64,000 bases of DNA from the human T2T-CHM13v2.0 reference genome, Homo sapiens, in NCBI RefSeq assembly GCF_009914755.1, contig NC_060948.1; one strand, 5' to 3'. Below the pieces are notes generated by a model. It did no database searches. It was not told where the DNA came from and was given only the letters and a program-made list of their open reading frames with translations. Below, piece after piece: positions 1-13,700 of this stretch (positions within the stretch are counted from its first letter, which is position 1; each line of letters begins with the position of its first letter). Made by a program: the position numbers and the translations under genes.

Positions 1-270
1 GGAAGTGAATGGACTCCAATGGAATGGATTCAAAAGGAATGGAATCATACGGAATGGAATCTAATGGAATGGAATTAAATGGAAGTGAATCAAATTGAAT
101 AGCACGGAATTGAATTGAATGGAATGGAATGCAACGGAATCTAATGAAACGGAAAGGAAAGGAATGGAATGGAATGGAATGGGCTGGAATGGAAAGGAAT
201 CGAAACGAATGGAATGGAATCGAACTGAAGAGACTGGAATGGAATGCACTGGAATGGAAGGGAGTTTAAT

Positions 271-285
271 GGAAGGTTCTCGAAA
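271..285. promoter_or_regulatory. Perfect heat-shock element motif (nGAAnnTTCnnGAAn), repeated per monomer
   Basis: GGAAG-GTTCT-CGAAA. Motif match only; binding is not shown. Confidence 0.5.
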
Positions 286-1306
286 AAAATGGAATCGAAT
301 GGAATGGAATTGAATGGAACGGAATAGAGTCGAATGGAATTGAATGGAATGGAATGGACTAGAGTGAAATGGAATCGAACCACAAGGAATGGACAGGAAT
401 AGAATGGTCTCGAATTGAATGGAATCGTATGGAATGGCATCAAACGGAATGGAATGGACAGCCACGGAATGGAATGCACTCGAATGCAATGGAGTCGAAA
501 CTAATGGACTGGAATAGAATGGACTCGACTGGTACGGACTCCAATGGAATGGAATCGAATGGAAGGGAATCGAACGGAATGGACTCGAAGGGAAAAGACT
601 GCAATGGAAAGGTCTCGAATGGAATGGAAATTAATGGAATGGAATGGAATCGAATGAAATGGAGTCAAAAGGAATGGAATCGAATGGCAAGAAATCGAAT
701 GTAATGGAATCGCAAGGAATTGATGTGAACGGAACGGAATGGAATGGAATCCAAAGGAATGGAATAGAATGGAATGGAATCGAATGGAAAGGACTCGAAT
801 GGAAATCACTCGAATAGAATGCAATTTAATAAAATAGGATCAAATGTAATGGAATGGAATGGAAAGGAATCGAAACGAAAGGAATGGAGACAGATGGAAT
901 GGAATGGAACAGAGAGCAATGGTATAGAATGGAATGGAATCATCTGGAATGGAATTGAATGGAATGGAATAATATGAAATGGAATGGAATGGAATGGAAT
1001 GGAATGGAATGGAATGCCCTTGAATTAAATGGACTGGAATGGAATGGACTCGAACAGAGTGGAATGGAAAGTGTTGAGATAGAATGCAATGGACTCCTTC
1101 GGAATGGTCTAGTATGCAATGCAATCGACTGGCAGGGAATCAAAAGGAATGTAATCGAATGGATTGGACTGGAATGCAGTGGACTCGAATAGATTGGAAA
1201 CGGAATGCAAAGGAATGGAATGGAATAGTATGGAATGGAATGGAAAGGAATGGAGTGGAATAGACTAGAGTGGAATGGAATGGACTGGAAAGCAATGGAC
1301 TGGAAT

Positions 1307-1321
1307 GGAACTTTCTTGAAT
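1307..1321. promoter_or_regulatory. Perfect heat-shock element motif, repeated per monomer
   Basis: GGAAC-TTTCT-TGAAT. Motif match only. Confidence 0.5.
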
Positions 1322-3052
1322 GGACTGGAATCAAACGGAATGGAATGCAATGCAATCAAATGGCATGGAATAAAATAGAATGAAAGAGAATCAAATGGAA
1401 TTGAATCGAATGGAATCGAATGGATTGGAAAGGAATAGAATGGAATGGAATTGAATTGACTCAAATGGAATGGACTAGAATGGAATGGATTCGAATGGAA
1501 GGCAAAGGAATGGAATCTATTGGAATGGACTGTAATGGAATGGAATGGAAGGGATTGGAATGGACTCGAATGGAATGGACTGCAATAGAAAGGATTCGAA
1601 TGGAATGAAAAAGAATTGAATGGAATAGAACAGAATGGAATCAAATCGAATGAAATGGAATGGAATAGAAAGGAATGGAATGAAATGGAATGGAAAGGAT
1701 TCGAATGGAATGCAATCGAATGGAATGGAATCGAACGGAATGGAATAAAATGGAAGAAAACTGGCAAGAAATGGAATCGAAATGAATGGAGTGTAATGGA
1801 ACGGACTCAAAAGGAATTGAATGTAATAGAATGGAGTGGAGTGGACTCGAATATAATGGACTGGAATGGAATGAAATCACATGGAATGGGAACGAATGGA
1901 ATGGAATGGAAAGGAATGGAATCGAATGGAAAGGAATCGAATGGAAGGGAATGAAATTGAATCAACAGGAATGGAAGGGAATAGAATAGACGGTAATGGA
2001 ATGGACTCGAATAGAATGGACACGAATGCTGAAATTGAATGGACTCGAATGGAATGGAAACGAAAGGAATGTCATCGAATAGAATTGAATCGACTGGAAT
2101 GAAATCGCAAGAATGGAGTGGAACCAAATGGAATTGAATCAAAAGGAAAGGAAGCGAATGGACTGAAATGAAATGGAATGGAATTGAATGGAAAGTAATG
2201 CAATGGAATAGAATGGAACGAAATTTCACGGAATGGAATCAAACTGAAAGGAATCAAATCAATGGAATCTAATCAAATGGAATGGAAAGGAATTGAATGG
2301 AGTAGATTGGATTGGATGGGATTGGAGTGAAATGTACTGGAAAGGACTCGAATTTCATGAAACGGAATGGAATGAATTGGAACGGAATGGACTCGAATGG
2401 AATGGAATGTCATGGAATGGCATCAAATGGAATGGCATCAAATGGAATGGAATCGAATGCAATGGAATGCTATGGAATGGAATGGAATGCATTGGAATGG
2501 AATGTCCTCTAATGGAATGGATTCGAGTGGAATGGAATCGAATATAATGGAGTCGAATGAAATGGAATTGAAAGGAATGGGATCGAATACAATGGAATAT
2601 GCTGGAATGTAATGTAATGAACTCGAATGTAATTGACTGGAATGGAATGTACATGAATGGAATGTAATCGAATGGAAAGTAATCCAATGGAATAGAATCT
2701 AATGCAATAAAATCGACTCAGATAGAGTAGAATGTAATGGAATGGAGTGCAGTACAATGGAATGGAATGGAATGCAATGGAATGGAATGGAATGGAATGG
2801 AATGGAATGGAATGGGATGGAATGGGATGGAATGGTATGGAGTGGATAGTAATGGACTGGAGTGAAATGGACTGGAAAGGAATGGACTCAAATTGAAAGG
2901 GCTCGAAAGGAATGGAGTCAAATGGAATGGTCTGGAATGGAATGAACACGAATGTAATGCAATCCAATAGAATGGAATCGAATGGCATGGAATATAAAGA
3001 AATGGAATCAAAGAGAATGGAAACAAATGGAATGGAATTGAATGGAATGGAA

Positions 3053-3206
3053 TTGAATGGAATGGGAACGAATGGAGTGAAATTGTATGCAGTAGAAGGG
3101 AATAGAATGGAATGCAAGCGAAAGGAAAGGAATGGATTGGAATGGAATGGAATTCATTGGAATGGAAGGGAATGTAGTGTAATGGACAGGCCTGGAATAA
3201 AGTGGA
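3053..3206 (+). other. Classic DYZ1 sexing-PCR target containing the per-monomer EcoRI (3150-3155) and StuI/HaeIII (3188-3193) sites; repeated in each monomer
   Basis: TTGAATGGAATGGGAACGAATGG (3053-3075) and GGACAGGCCTGGAATAAAGTGGA (3184-3206) match my recollection of the Y1.2 and Y1.1 primers. The interval is 154 bp. Primer identity is from memory and was not checked. Confidence 0.8.
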
Positions 3207-3563
3207 ATGCTACGGTCTCGAATGGAATAAAAATGTATGGAATGGAATGCAATGAAACGGAATCGAATGTCATAGAATGTAATGGAATGCAAAAAAATGG
3301 AATCCAAAATCATTGACTGGAAAGGCTGGGTGTCGAAAGGAATTGACTCCAATGATATGGAATCGAATGGAATGGAAGTGAATAGAATCGAACTAAATCG
3401 AATGGAATGGAATTGATAGGAACGGAATGGAAAGGAATGCAATGAATTGGCATGGAATGGAATCGAATGGCATCGAATGGAATGGAATGGAATGCAATGG
3501 AATGGAATGTATTAGAATGTAATGAACTTTAATGGAATGTACTCGAATGGATTCGACTGGAAT

Positions 3564-3578
3564 GGAATGTTCTGGAAG
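3564..3578. promoter_or_regulatory. Perfect heat-shock element motif, repeated per monomer
   Basis: GGAAT-GTTCT-GGAAG. Motif match only. Confidence 0.5.
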
Positions 3579-6500
3579 TGAATGGAATCCAATGGAATGG
3601 ATTCAAAAGGAATGGAATCGTACGGAATGGAATCTAATGGAATGGAATTAAATGGAAATGAATCAAATTGAATAGCACGGAATTGAATTGAATGGAATGG
3701 AATGCAATGGAATCTAATGAAACGGAAAGGAAAGGAATGGAATGGAATGGAATGGGCTGGAATGGAAAGGAATCGAAACGAATGGAATGGAATCGAACTG
3801 AAGAGACTGGAATGGAATGCACTGGAATGGAAGGGAGTGTAATGGAAGGTTCTCGAAAAAAATGGAATCGAATGGAATGGAATTGAATGGAACGGAATAG
3901 AGTCGAATGGAATTGAATGGAATGGAATGGACTAGAGTGAAATGGAATCGAACCACAAGGAATGGACAGGAATAGAATGGTCTCGAATTGAATGGAATCG
4001 TATGGAATGGCATCAAACGGAATGGAATGGACAGCCACGGAATGGAATGCACTCGAATGCAATGGAGTCGAAACTAATGGACTGGAATAGAATGGACTCG
4101 ACTGGTATGGACTCCAATGGAATGGAATCGAATGGAAGGGAATCGAACGGAATGGACTCGAAGGGAAATGACTGCAATGGAAAGGTATCGAATGGAATGG
4201 AAATTAATGGAATGGAATGGAATCGAATGAAATGGAGTCAAAAGGAATGGAATCGAATGGCAAGAAATCGAATGTAATGGAATCGCAAGGAATTGATGTG
4301 AACGGAACGGAATGGAATGGAATCCAAAGGAATGGAATAGAATGGAATGGAATCGAATGGAAAGGACTCGAATGGAAATCACTCGAATAGAATGCAATTT
4401 AATAAAATAGGATCAAATGTAATGGAATGGAATGGAAAGGAATCGAAACGAAAGGAATGGAGACAGATGGAATGGAATGGAACAGAGAGCAATGGTATAG
4501 AATGGAATGGAATCATCTGGAATGGAATTGAATGGAATGGAATAATATGAAATGGAATGGAATGGAATGGAATGGAATGCCCTTGAATTAAATGGACTGG
4601 AATGGAATGGACTCGAACAGAGTGGAATGGAAAGTGTTGAGATAGAATGGAATGGACTCCTTTGGAATGGTGTAGTATGCAATGCAATCGACTGGCAGGG
4701 AATCAAAAGGAATGTAATCGAATGGATTGGACTGGAATGCAATGGACTCGAATAGATTGGAAACGGAATGCAAAGGAATGGAATGGAATAGTATGGAATG
4801 GAATGGAAAGGAATGGAGTGGAATAGACTAGAGTGGAATGGAATGGACTGGAAAGCAATGGACTGGAATGGAACTTTCTTGAATGGACTGGAATCAAACG
4901 GAATGGAATGCAATGCAATCAAATGGCATGGAATAAAATAGAATGAAAGAGAATCAAATGGAATTGAATCGAATGGAATCGAATGGATTGGAAAGGAATA
5001 GAATGGAATGGAATGGAATTGACTCGAATGAAATGGACTAGAATGGAATGGATTCGAATGGAAGGCAAAGGAATGGAATCTATTGGAATGGACTGTAATG
5101 GAATGGAATGGAAAGGATTGGAATGGACTCGAATGGAATGGACTGCAATAGAAAGGATTCGAATGGAATGAAAAAGAATTGAATGGAATAGAACAGAATG
5201 GAATCAAATCGAATGAAATGGAATGGAATAGAAAGGAATGGAATGAAATGGAATGGAAAGGATTCGAATGGAATGCAATCGAATGGAATGGAATCGAACG
5301 GAATGGAATAAAATGGAAGAAAACTGGCAAGAAATGGAATCGAAATGAATGGAGTGTTATGGAACGGACTCAAAAGGAATTGAATGTAATAGAATGGAGT
5401 GGAGTGGACTCGAATATAATGGACTGGAATGGAATGAAATCACAAGGAATGGGAACGAATGGAATGGAATGGAAAGGAATGGAATCGAATGGAAAGGAAT
5501 CGAATGGAAGGGAATGAAATTGAATCAACAGGAATGGAAGGGAATAGAATAGACGGTAATGGAATGGACTCGAATAGAATGGACACGAATGCTCAAATTG
5601 AATGGACTCGAATGGAATGGAAACGAAAGGAATGTCATCGAATGGAATTGAATGGATTGGAATGAAATCGCATAGAATGGAGTGGAATCAAATGGAATTG
5701 AATCGAAAGGAAAGGAAGCGAATGGACTGAAATGAAATGGAATGGAATTGAATGGAAAGTAATGCAATGGAATAGAATGGAACGAAATTTCACGGAATGG
5801 AATCAAACTGAATGGAATCAAATCAATGGAATCAAATCAAATGGAATGGAAAGGAATTGAATGGAGTAGATTGGATTGGATGGGATTGGAATGAAATGTA
5901 CTGGAAAGGACTCGAATTTCATGAAACGGAATGGAATGAATTGGAACGGAATGGACTCGAATGGAATGGAATGTCATGGAATGGCATCAAATGGAATGGC
6001 ATCAAATGGAATGGAATCGAATGCAATGGAATGCTATGGAATGGAATGGAATGCATTGGAATGGAATGTCCTCTAATGGAATGGATTCGAGTGGAATGGA
6101 ATCGAATATAATGGAGTCGAATGAAATGGAATTGAAAGGAGTGGGATCGAATACAATGGAATATACTGGAATGTAATGTAATGAACTCGAATGTAATTGA
6201 CTGGAATGGAATGTACATGAATGGAATGTAATCGAATGGAAAGTAATCCAATGGAATAGAATCTAATGCAATAAAACCGACTCAGATAGAGTAGAATGTA
6301 ATGGAATGGAGTGCAGTGCAATGGAATGGAATGGAATGGAAGGCAATGGAATGGAATGGAATGGAATGGAATGGAATGGAATGGAATGGGATGGAATGGG
6401 ATGGAATGGATAGTAATGGACTGGAGTGAAATGGATTGGAAAGGAATGGACCCAAATTGAAAGGGCTCGAAAGGAATGGAGTCAAATGGAATGGTCTGGA

Positions 6501-7142
6501 ATGGAATGAACACGAATGTAATGCAATCCAATAGAATGGAATCGAATGGCATGGAATATAAAGAAATGGAATCGAAGAGAATGGAAACAAATGGAATGGA
6601 ATTGAATGGAAGGGAATTGAATGGAATGGGAACGAATGGAGTGAAATTGTATGCAGTAGAAGGGAATAGAATGGAATGCAAGCGAAAGGAAAGGAATGGA
6701 TTGGAATGGAATGGAATTCATTGGAATGGAAGGGAATGTAGTGTAATGGACAGGCCTGGAATAAAGTGGAATGCTACGGTCTCGAATGGAATAAAAATGT
6801 ATGGAATGGAATGCAATGAAACGGAATCGAATGTCATAGAATGTAATGGAATGCAACAAAATGGAATCCAAAATCATTGACTGGAAAGGCTGGGTGTCGA
6901 AAGGAATTGACTCCAATGGAATGGAATCGAATGGAATGGAAGTGAATAGAATCGAACTAAATCGAATGGAATGGAATTGATAGGAACGGAATGGAAAGGA
7001 ATGCAATGATTTGGCATGGAATGGAATCGAATGGCATCGAATGGAATGGAATGGAATGGAATGCAATGGAATGGAATGTATTAGAATGTAATGAACTTTA
7101 ATGGAATGTACTCGAATGGATTCGACTGGAATGGAATGTTCT
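3574..7142 (+). repeat. DYZ1 monomer U2 (3569 bp), B haplotype
   Basis: B alleles CCTTTGGAATGGTGTA, CACAAGG, CGCATAGAAT, GGAGTGGGATC. One extra GGAAT near 7041-7060. Confidence 0.9.
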
Positions 7143-10100
7143 GGAAGTGAATGGACTCCAATGGAATGGATTCAAAAGGAATGGAATCGTACGGAATGGA
7201 ATCTAATGGAATGGAATTAAATGGAAATGAATCAAATTGAATAGCACGGAATTGAATTGAATGGAATGGAATGCAATGGAATCTAATGAAACGGAAAGGA
7301 AAGGAATGGAATGGAATGGAAAGGGCTGGAATGGAAAGGAATCGAAACGAATGGAATGGAATCGAACTGAAGAGACTGGAATGGAATGCACTGGAATGGA
7401 AGGGAGTGTAATGGAAGGTTCTCGAAAAAAATGGAATCGAATGGAATGGAATTGAATGGAACGGAATAGAGTCGAATGGAATTGAATGGAATGGAATGGA
7501 CTAGAGTGAAATGGAATCGAACCACAAGGAATGGACAGGAATAGAATGGTCTCGAATTGAATGGAATCGTATGGAATGGCATCAAACGGAATGGAATGGA
7601 CAGCCACGGAATGGAATGCACTCGAATGCAATGGAGTCGAAACTAATGGACTGGAATAGAATGGACTCGACTGGTACGGACTCCAATGGAATGGAATCGA
7701 ATGGAAGGGAATCGAACGGAATGGACTCGAAGGGAAAAGACTGCAATGGAAAGGTCTCGAATGGAATGGAAATTAATGGAATGGAATGGAATCGAATGAA
7801 ATGGAGTCAAAAGGAATGGAATCGAATGGCAAGAAATCGAATGTAATGGAATCGCAAGGAATTGATGTGAACGAAACGGAATGGAATGGAATCCAAAGGA
7901 ATGGAATAGAATGGAATGGAATCGAATGGAAAGGACTCGAATGGAAATCACTCGAATAGAATGCAATTTAATAAAATAGGATCAAATGTAATGGAATGGA
8001 ATGGAAAGGAATCGAAACGAAAGGAATGGAGACAGATGGAATGGAATGGAACAGAGAGCAATGGTATAGAATGGAATGGAATCATCTGGAATGGAATTGA
8101 ATGGAATGGAATAATATGAAATGGAATGGAATGGAATGGAATGGAATGGAATGGAATGCCCTTGAATTAAATGGACTGGAATGGAATGGACTCGAACAGA
8201 GTGGAATGGAAAGTGTTGAGATAGAATGCAATGGACTCCTTCGGAATGGTCTAGTATGCAATGCAATCGACTGGCAGGGAATCAAAAGGAATGTAATCGA
8301 ATGGATTGGACTGGAATGCAGTGGACTCGAATAGATTGGAAACGGAATGCAAAGGAATGGAATGGAATAGTATGGAATGGAATGGAAAGGAATGGAGTGG
8401 AATAGACTAGAGTGGAATGGAATGGACTGGAAAGCAATGGACTGGAATGGAACTTTCTTGAATGGACTGGAATCAAACGGAATGGAATGCAATGCAATCA
8501 AATGGCATGGAATAAAATAGAATGAAAGAGAATCAAATGGAATTGAATCGAATGGAATCGAATGGATTGGAAAGGAATAGAATGGAATGGAATGGAATTG
8601 ACTCAAATGGAATGGACTAGAATGGAATGGATTCGAATGGAAGGCAAAGGAATGGAATCTATTGGAATGGACTGTAATGGAATGGAATGGAAGGGATTGG
8701 AATGGACTCGAATGGAATGGACTGCAATAGAAAGGATTCGAATGGAATGAAAAAGAATTGAATGGAATAGAACAGAATGGAATCAAATCGAATGAAATGG
8801 AATGGAATAGAAAGGAATGGAATGAAATGGAATGGAAAGGATTCGAATGGAATGCAATCGAATGGAATGGAATCGAACGGAATGGAATAAAATGGAAGAA
8901 AACTGGCAAGAAATGGAATCGAAATGAATGGAGTGTTATGGAACGGACTCAAAAGGAATTGAATGTAATAGAATGGAGTGGAGTGGACTCGAATATAATG
9001 GACTGGAATGGAATGAAATCACATGGAATGGGAACGAATGGAATGGAATGGAAAGGAATGGAATCGAATGGAAAGGAATCGAATGGAAGGGAATGAAATT
9101 GAATCAACAGGAATGGAAGGGAATAGAATAGACGGTAATGGAATGGACTCGAATAGAATGGACACGAATGCTCAAATTGAATGGACTCCAATGGAATGGA
9201 AACGAAAGGAATGTCATCGAATAGAATTGAATCGACTGGAATGAAATCGCAAGAATGGAGTGGAATCAAATGGAATTGAATCGAAAGGAAAGGAAGCGAA
9301 TGGACTGAAATGAAATGGAATGGAATTGAATGGAATGTAATGCAATGGAATAGAATGGAACGAAATTTCACGGAATGGAATCAAACTGAAAGGAATCAAA
9401 TCAATGGAATCTAATCAAATGGAATGGAAGGGAATTGAATGGAGTAGATTGGATTGGATGGGATTGGAGTGAAATGTACTGGAAAGGACTCGAATTTCAT
9501 GAAACGGAATGGAATGAATTGGAACGGAATGGACTCGAATGGAATGGAATGTCATGGAATGGCATCAAATGGAATGGCATCAAATGGAATGGAATCGAAT
9601 GCAATGGAATGCTATGGAATGGAATGGAATGCATTGGAATGGAATGTCCTCTAATGGAATGGATTCGAGTGGAATGGAATCGAATATAATGGAGTAGAAT
9701 GAAATGGAATTGAAAGGAATGGGATCGAATACAATGGAATATGCTGGAATGTAATGTAATGAACTCGAATGTAATTGACTGGAATGGAATGTACATGAAT
9801 GGAATGTAATCGAATGGAAAGTAATCCAATGGAATAGATTCTAATGCAATAAAATCGACTCAGATAGAGTAGAATGTAATGGAATGGAGTGCAGTACAAT
9901 GGAATGGAATGGAATGCAATGGAATGGAATGGAATGGAATGGAATGGAATGGAATGGGATGGAATGGGATGGAATGGTATGGAGTGGATAGTAATGGACT
10001 GGAGTGAAATGGACTGGAAAGGAATGGACTCAAATTGAAAGGGCTCGAAAGGAATGGAGTCAAATGGAATGGTCTGGAATGGAATGAACACGAATGTAAT

Positions 10101-10715
10101 GCAATCCAATAGAATGGAATCGAATGGCATGGAATATAAAGAAATGGAATCGAAGAGAATGGAAACAAATGGAATGGAATTGAATGGAATGGAATTGAAT
10201 GGAATGGGAACGAATGGAGTGAAATTGTATGCAGTAGAAGGGAATAGAATGGAATGCAAGCGAAAGGAAAGGAATGGATTGGAATGGAATGGAATTCATT
10301 GGAATGGAAGGGAATGTAGTGTAATGGACAGGCCTGGAATAAAGTGGAATGCTACGGTCTCGAATGGAATAAAAATGTATGGAATGGAATGCAATGAAAC
10401 GGAATCGAATGTCATAGAATGTAATGGAATGCAAAAAAATGGAATCCAAAATCATTGACTGGAAAGGCTGGGTGTCGAAAGGAATTGACTCCAATGATAT
10501 GGAATCGAATGGAATGGAAGTGAATAGAATCAAACTAAATCGAATGGAATGGAATTGATAGGAACGGAATGGAAAGGAATGCAATGAATTGGCATGGAAT
10601 GGAATCGAATGGCATCGAATGGAATGGAATGGAATGCAATGGAATGGAATGTATTAGAATGTAATGAACTTTAATGGAATGTACTCGAATGGATTCGACT
10701 GGAATGGAATGTTCT
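7143..10715 (+). repeat. DYZ1 monomer U3 (3573 bp), A haplotype
   Basis: A alleles throughout. GGAAAGGGCT at ~7318 and GATATGG tail allele at ~10496. Confidence 0.9.
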
Positions 10716-13700
10716 GGAAGTGAATGGACTCCAATGGAATGGATTCAAAAGGAATGGAATCGTACGGAATGGAATCTAATGGAATGGAATTAAATGGAAA
10801 TGAATCAAATTGAATAGCACGGAATTGAATTGAATGGAATGGAATGCAATGGAATCTAATGAAACGGAAAGGAAAGGAATGGAATGGAATGGAATGGGCT
10901 GGAATGGAAAGGAATCGAAACGAATGGAATGGAATCGAACTGAAGAGACTGGAATGGAATGCACTGGAATGGAAGGGAGTGTAATGGAAGGTTCTCGAAA
11001 AAAATGGAATCGAATGGAATGGAATTGAATGGAACGGAATAGAGTCGAATGGAATTGAATGGAATGGAATGGACTAGAGTGAAATGGAATCGAACCACAA
11101 GGAATGGACAGGAATAGAATGGTCTCGAATTGAATGGAATCGTATGGAATGGCATCAAACGGAATGGAATGGACAGCCACGGAATGGAATGCACTCGAAT
11201 GCAATGGAGTCGAAACTAATGGACTGGAATAGAATGGACTCGACTGGTACGGACTCCAATGGAATGGAATCGAATGGAAGGGAATCGAACGGAATGGACT
11301 CGAAGGGAAAAGACTGCAATGGAAAGGTCTCGAAAAGAATGGAAATTAATGGAATGGAATGGAATCGAATGAAATGGAGTCAAAAGGAATGGAATCGAAT
11401 GGCAAGAAATCGAATGTAATGGAATCGCAAGGAATTGATGTGAACGGAACGGAATGGAATGGAATCCAAAGGAATGGAATAGAATGGAATGGAATCGAAT
11501 GGAAAGGACTCGAATGGAAATCACTCGAATAGAATGCAATTTAATAAAATAGGATCAAATGTAATGGAATGGAATGGAAAGGAATCGAAACGAAAGGAAT
11601 GGAGACAGATGGAATGGAATGGAACAGAGAGCAATGGTATAGAATGGAATGGAATCATCTGGAATGGAATTGAATGGAATGGAATAATATGAAATGGAAT
11701 GGAATGGAATGGAATGGAATGCCCTTGAATTAAATGGACTGGAATGGAATGGACTCGAACAGAGTGGAATGGAAAGTGTTGAGATAGAATGGAATGGACT
11801 CCTTTGGAATGGTGTAGTATGCAATGCAATCGACTGGCAGGGAATCAAAAGGAATGTAATGGAATGGATTGGACTGGAATGCAATGGACTCGAATAGATT
11901 GGAAACGGAATGCAAAGGAATGGAATGGAATAGTATGGAATGGAATGGAAAGGAATGGAGTGGAATAGACTAGAGTGGAATGCAATGGACTGGAAAGCAA
12001 TGGACTGGAATGGAACTTTCTTGAATGGACTGGAATCAAACGGAATGGAATGCAATGCAATCAAATGGCATGGAATAAAATAGAATGAAAGAGAATCAAA
12101 TGGAATTGAATCGAATGGAATCGAATGGATTGGAAAGGAATAGAATGGAATGGAATGGAATGGACTAGAATGGAATGGACTAGAATGGAATGGATTCGAA
12201 TGGAAGGCAAAGGAATGGAATCTATTGGAATGGACTGTAATGGAATGGAATGGAAAGGATTGGAATGGACTCGAATGGAATGGACTGCAATAGAAAGGAT
12301 TCGAATGGAATGAAAAAGAATTGAATGGAATAGAACAGAATGGAATCAAATCGAATGAAATGGAATGGAATAGAAAGGAATGGAATGAAATGGAATGGAA
12401 AGGATTCGAATGGAATGCAATCAAATGGAATGGAATCGAACGGAATGGAATAAAATGGAAGAAAACTGGCAAGAAATGGAATCGAAATGAATGGAGTGTT
12501 ATGGAACGGACTCAAAAGGAATTGAATGTAATAGAATGGAGTGGAGTGGACTCGAATATAATGGAATCGAATGGAATGAAATCACAAGGAATGGGAACGA
12601 ATGGAATGGAATGGAAAGGAATGGAATCGAATGGAAAGGAATCGAATGGAAGGGAATGAAATTGAATCAACAGGAATGGAAGGGAATAGAATAGACGGTA
12701 ATGGAATGGACTCGAATAGAATGGACACGAATGCTCAAATTGAATGGACTCGAATGGAATGGAAACGAAAGGAATGTCATCGAATGGAATTGAATGGATT
12801 GGAATGAAATCGCATAGAATGGAGTGGAATCAAATGGAATTGAATCGAAAGGAAAGGAAGCGAATGGACTGAAATGAAATGGAATGGAATTGAATGGAAA
12901 GTAATGCAATGGAATAGAATGGAACGAAATTTCACGGAATGGAATCAAACTGAATGGAATCAAATCAATGGAATCAAATCAAATGGAATGGAAAGGAATT
13001 GAATGGAGTAGATTGGATTGGATGGGATTGGAATGAAATGTACTGGAAAGGACTCGAATTTCATGAAACGGAATGGAATGAATTGGAACGGAATGGACTC
13101 GAATGGAATGGAATGTCATGGAATGGCATCAAATGGAATGGCATCAAATGGAATGGAATCGAATGCAATGGAATGCTATGGAATGGAATGGAATGCATTG
13201 GAATGGAATGTCTTCTAATGGAATGGATTCGAGTGGAATGGAATCGAATATAATGGAGTCGAATGAAATGGAATTGAAAGGAGTGGGATCGAATACAATG
13301 GAATATACTGGAATGTAATGTAATGAACTCGAATGTAATTGACTGGAATGGAATGTACATGAATGGAATGTAATCGAATGGAAAGTCATCCAATGGAATA
13401 GAATCTAATGCAATAAAACCGACTCAGATAGAGTAGAATGTAATGGAATGGAGTGCAGTGCAATGGAATGGAATGGAATGGAAGGCAATGGAATGGAATG
13501 GAATGGAATGGAATGGAATGGAATGGAATGGAATGGGATGGAATGGGATGGAATGGATAGTAATGGACTGGAGTGAAATGGACTGGAAAGGAATGGACTC
13601 AAATTGAAAGGGCTCGAAAGGAATGGAGTCAAATGGAATGGTCTGGAATGGAATGAACACGAATGTAATGCAATCCAATAGAATGGAATCGAATGGCATG

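Larger units (their letters stand above)
1..3573 (+). repeat. DYZ1 monomer U1 (3573 bp), mostly A haplotype
   Basis: Monomer start arbitrarily set at GGAAGTGAATGG. Carries A alleles CCTTCGGAATGGTCTA (~1096-1111) and CGCAAGAAT (1-bp deletion, ~2106-2114). Confidence 0.9.

Noticed and set aside
828-833. AATAAA polyadenylation signals (several per monomer)
   Set aside because: They arise trivially from xxAAT-AAAAT pentamer variants, with no clear downstream GU-rich element and no transcript evidence available here.
2219-2363. Additional HSE-like motifs CGAAATTTCACGGAA and CGAATTTCATGAAAC
   Set aside because: One has an imperfect third unit and the other has wrong spacing, so neither was counted as a perfect HSE.
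2810-2850. G-quadruplex potential at GGGAT-GGAAT-GGGAT
   Set aside because: Only two or three GGG runs are present, so this is not a canonical four-run G4.
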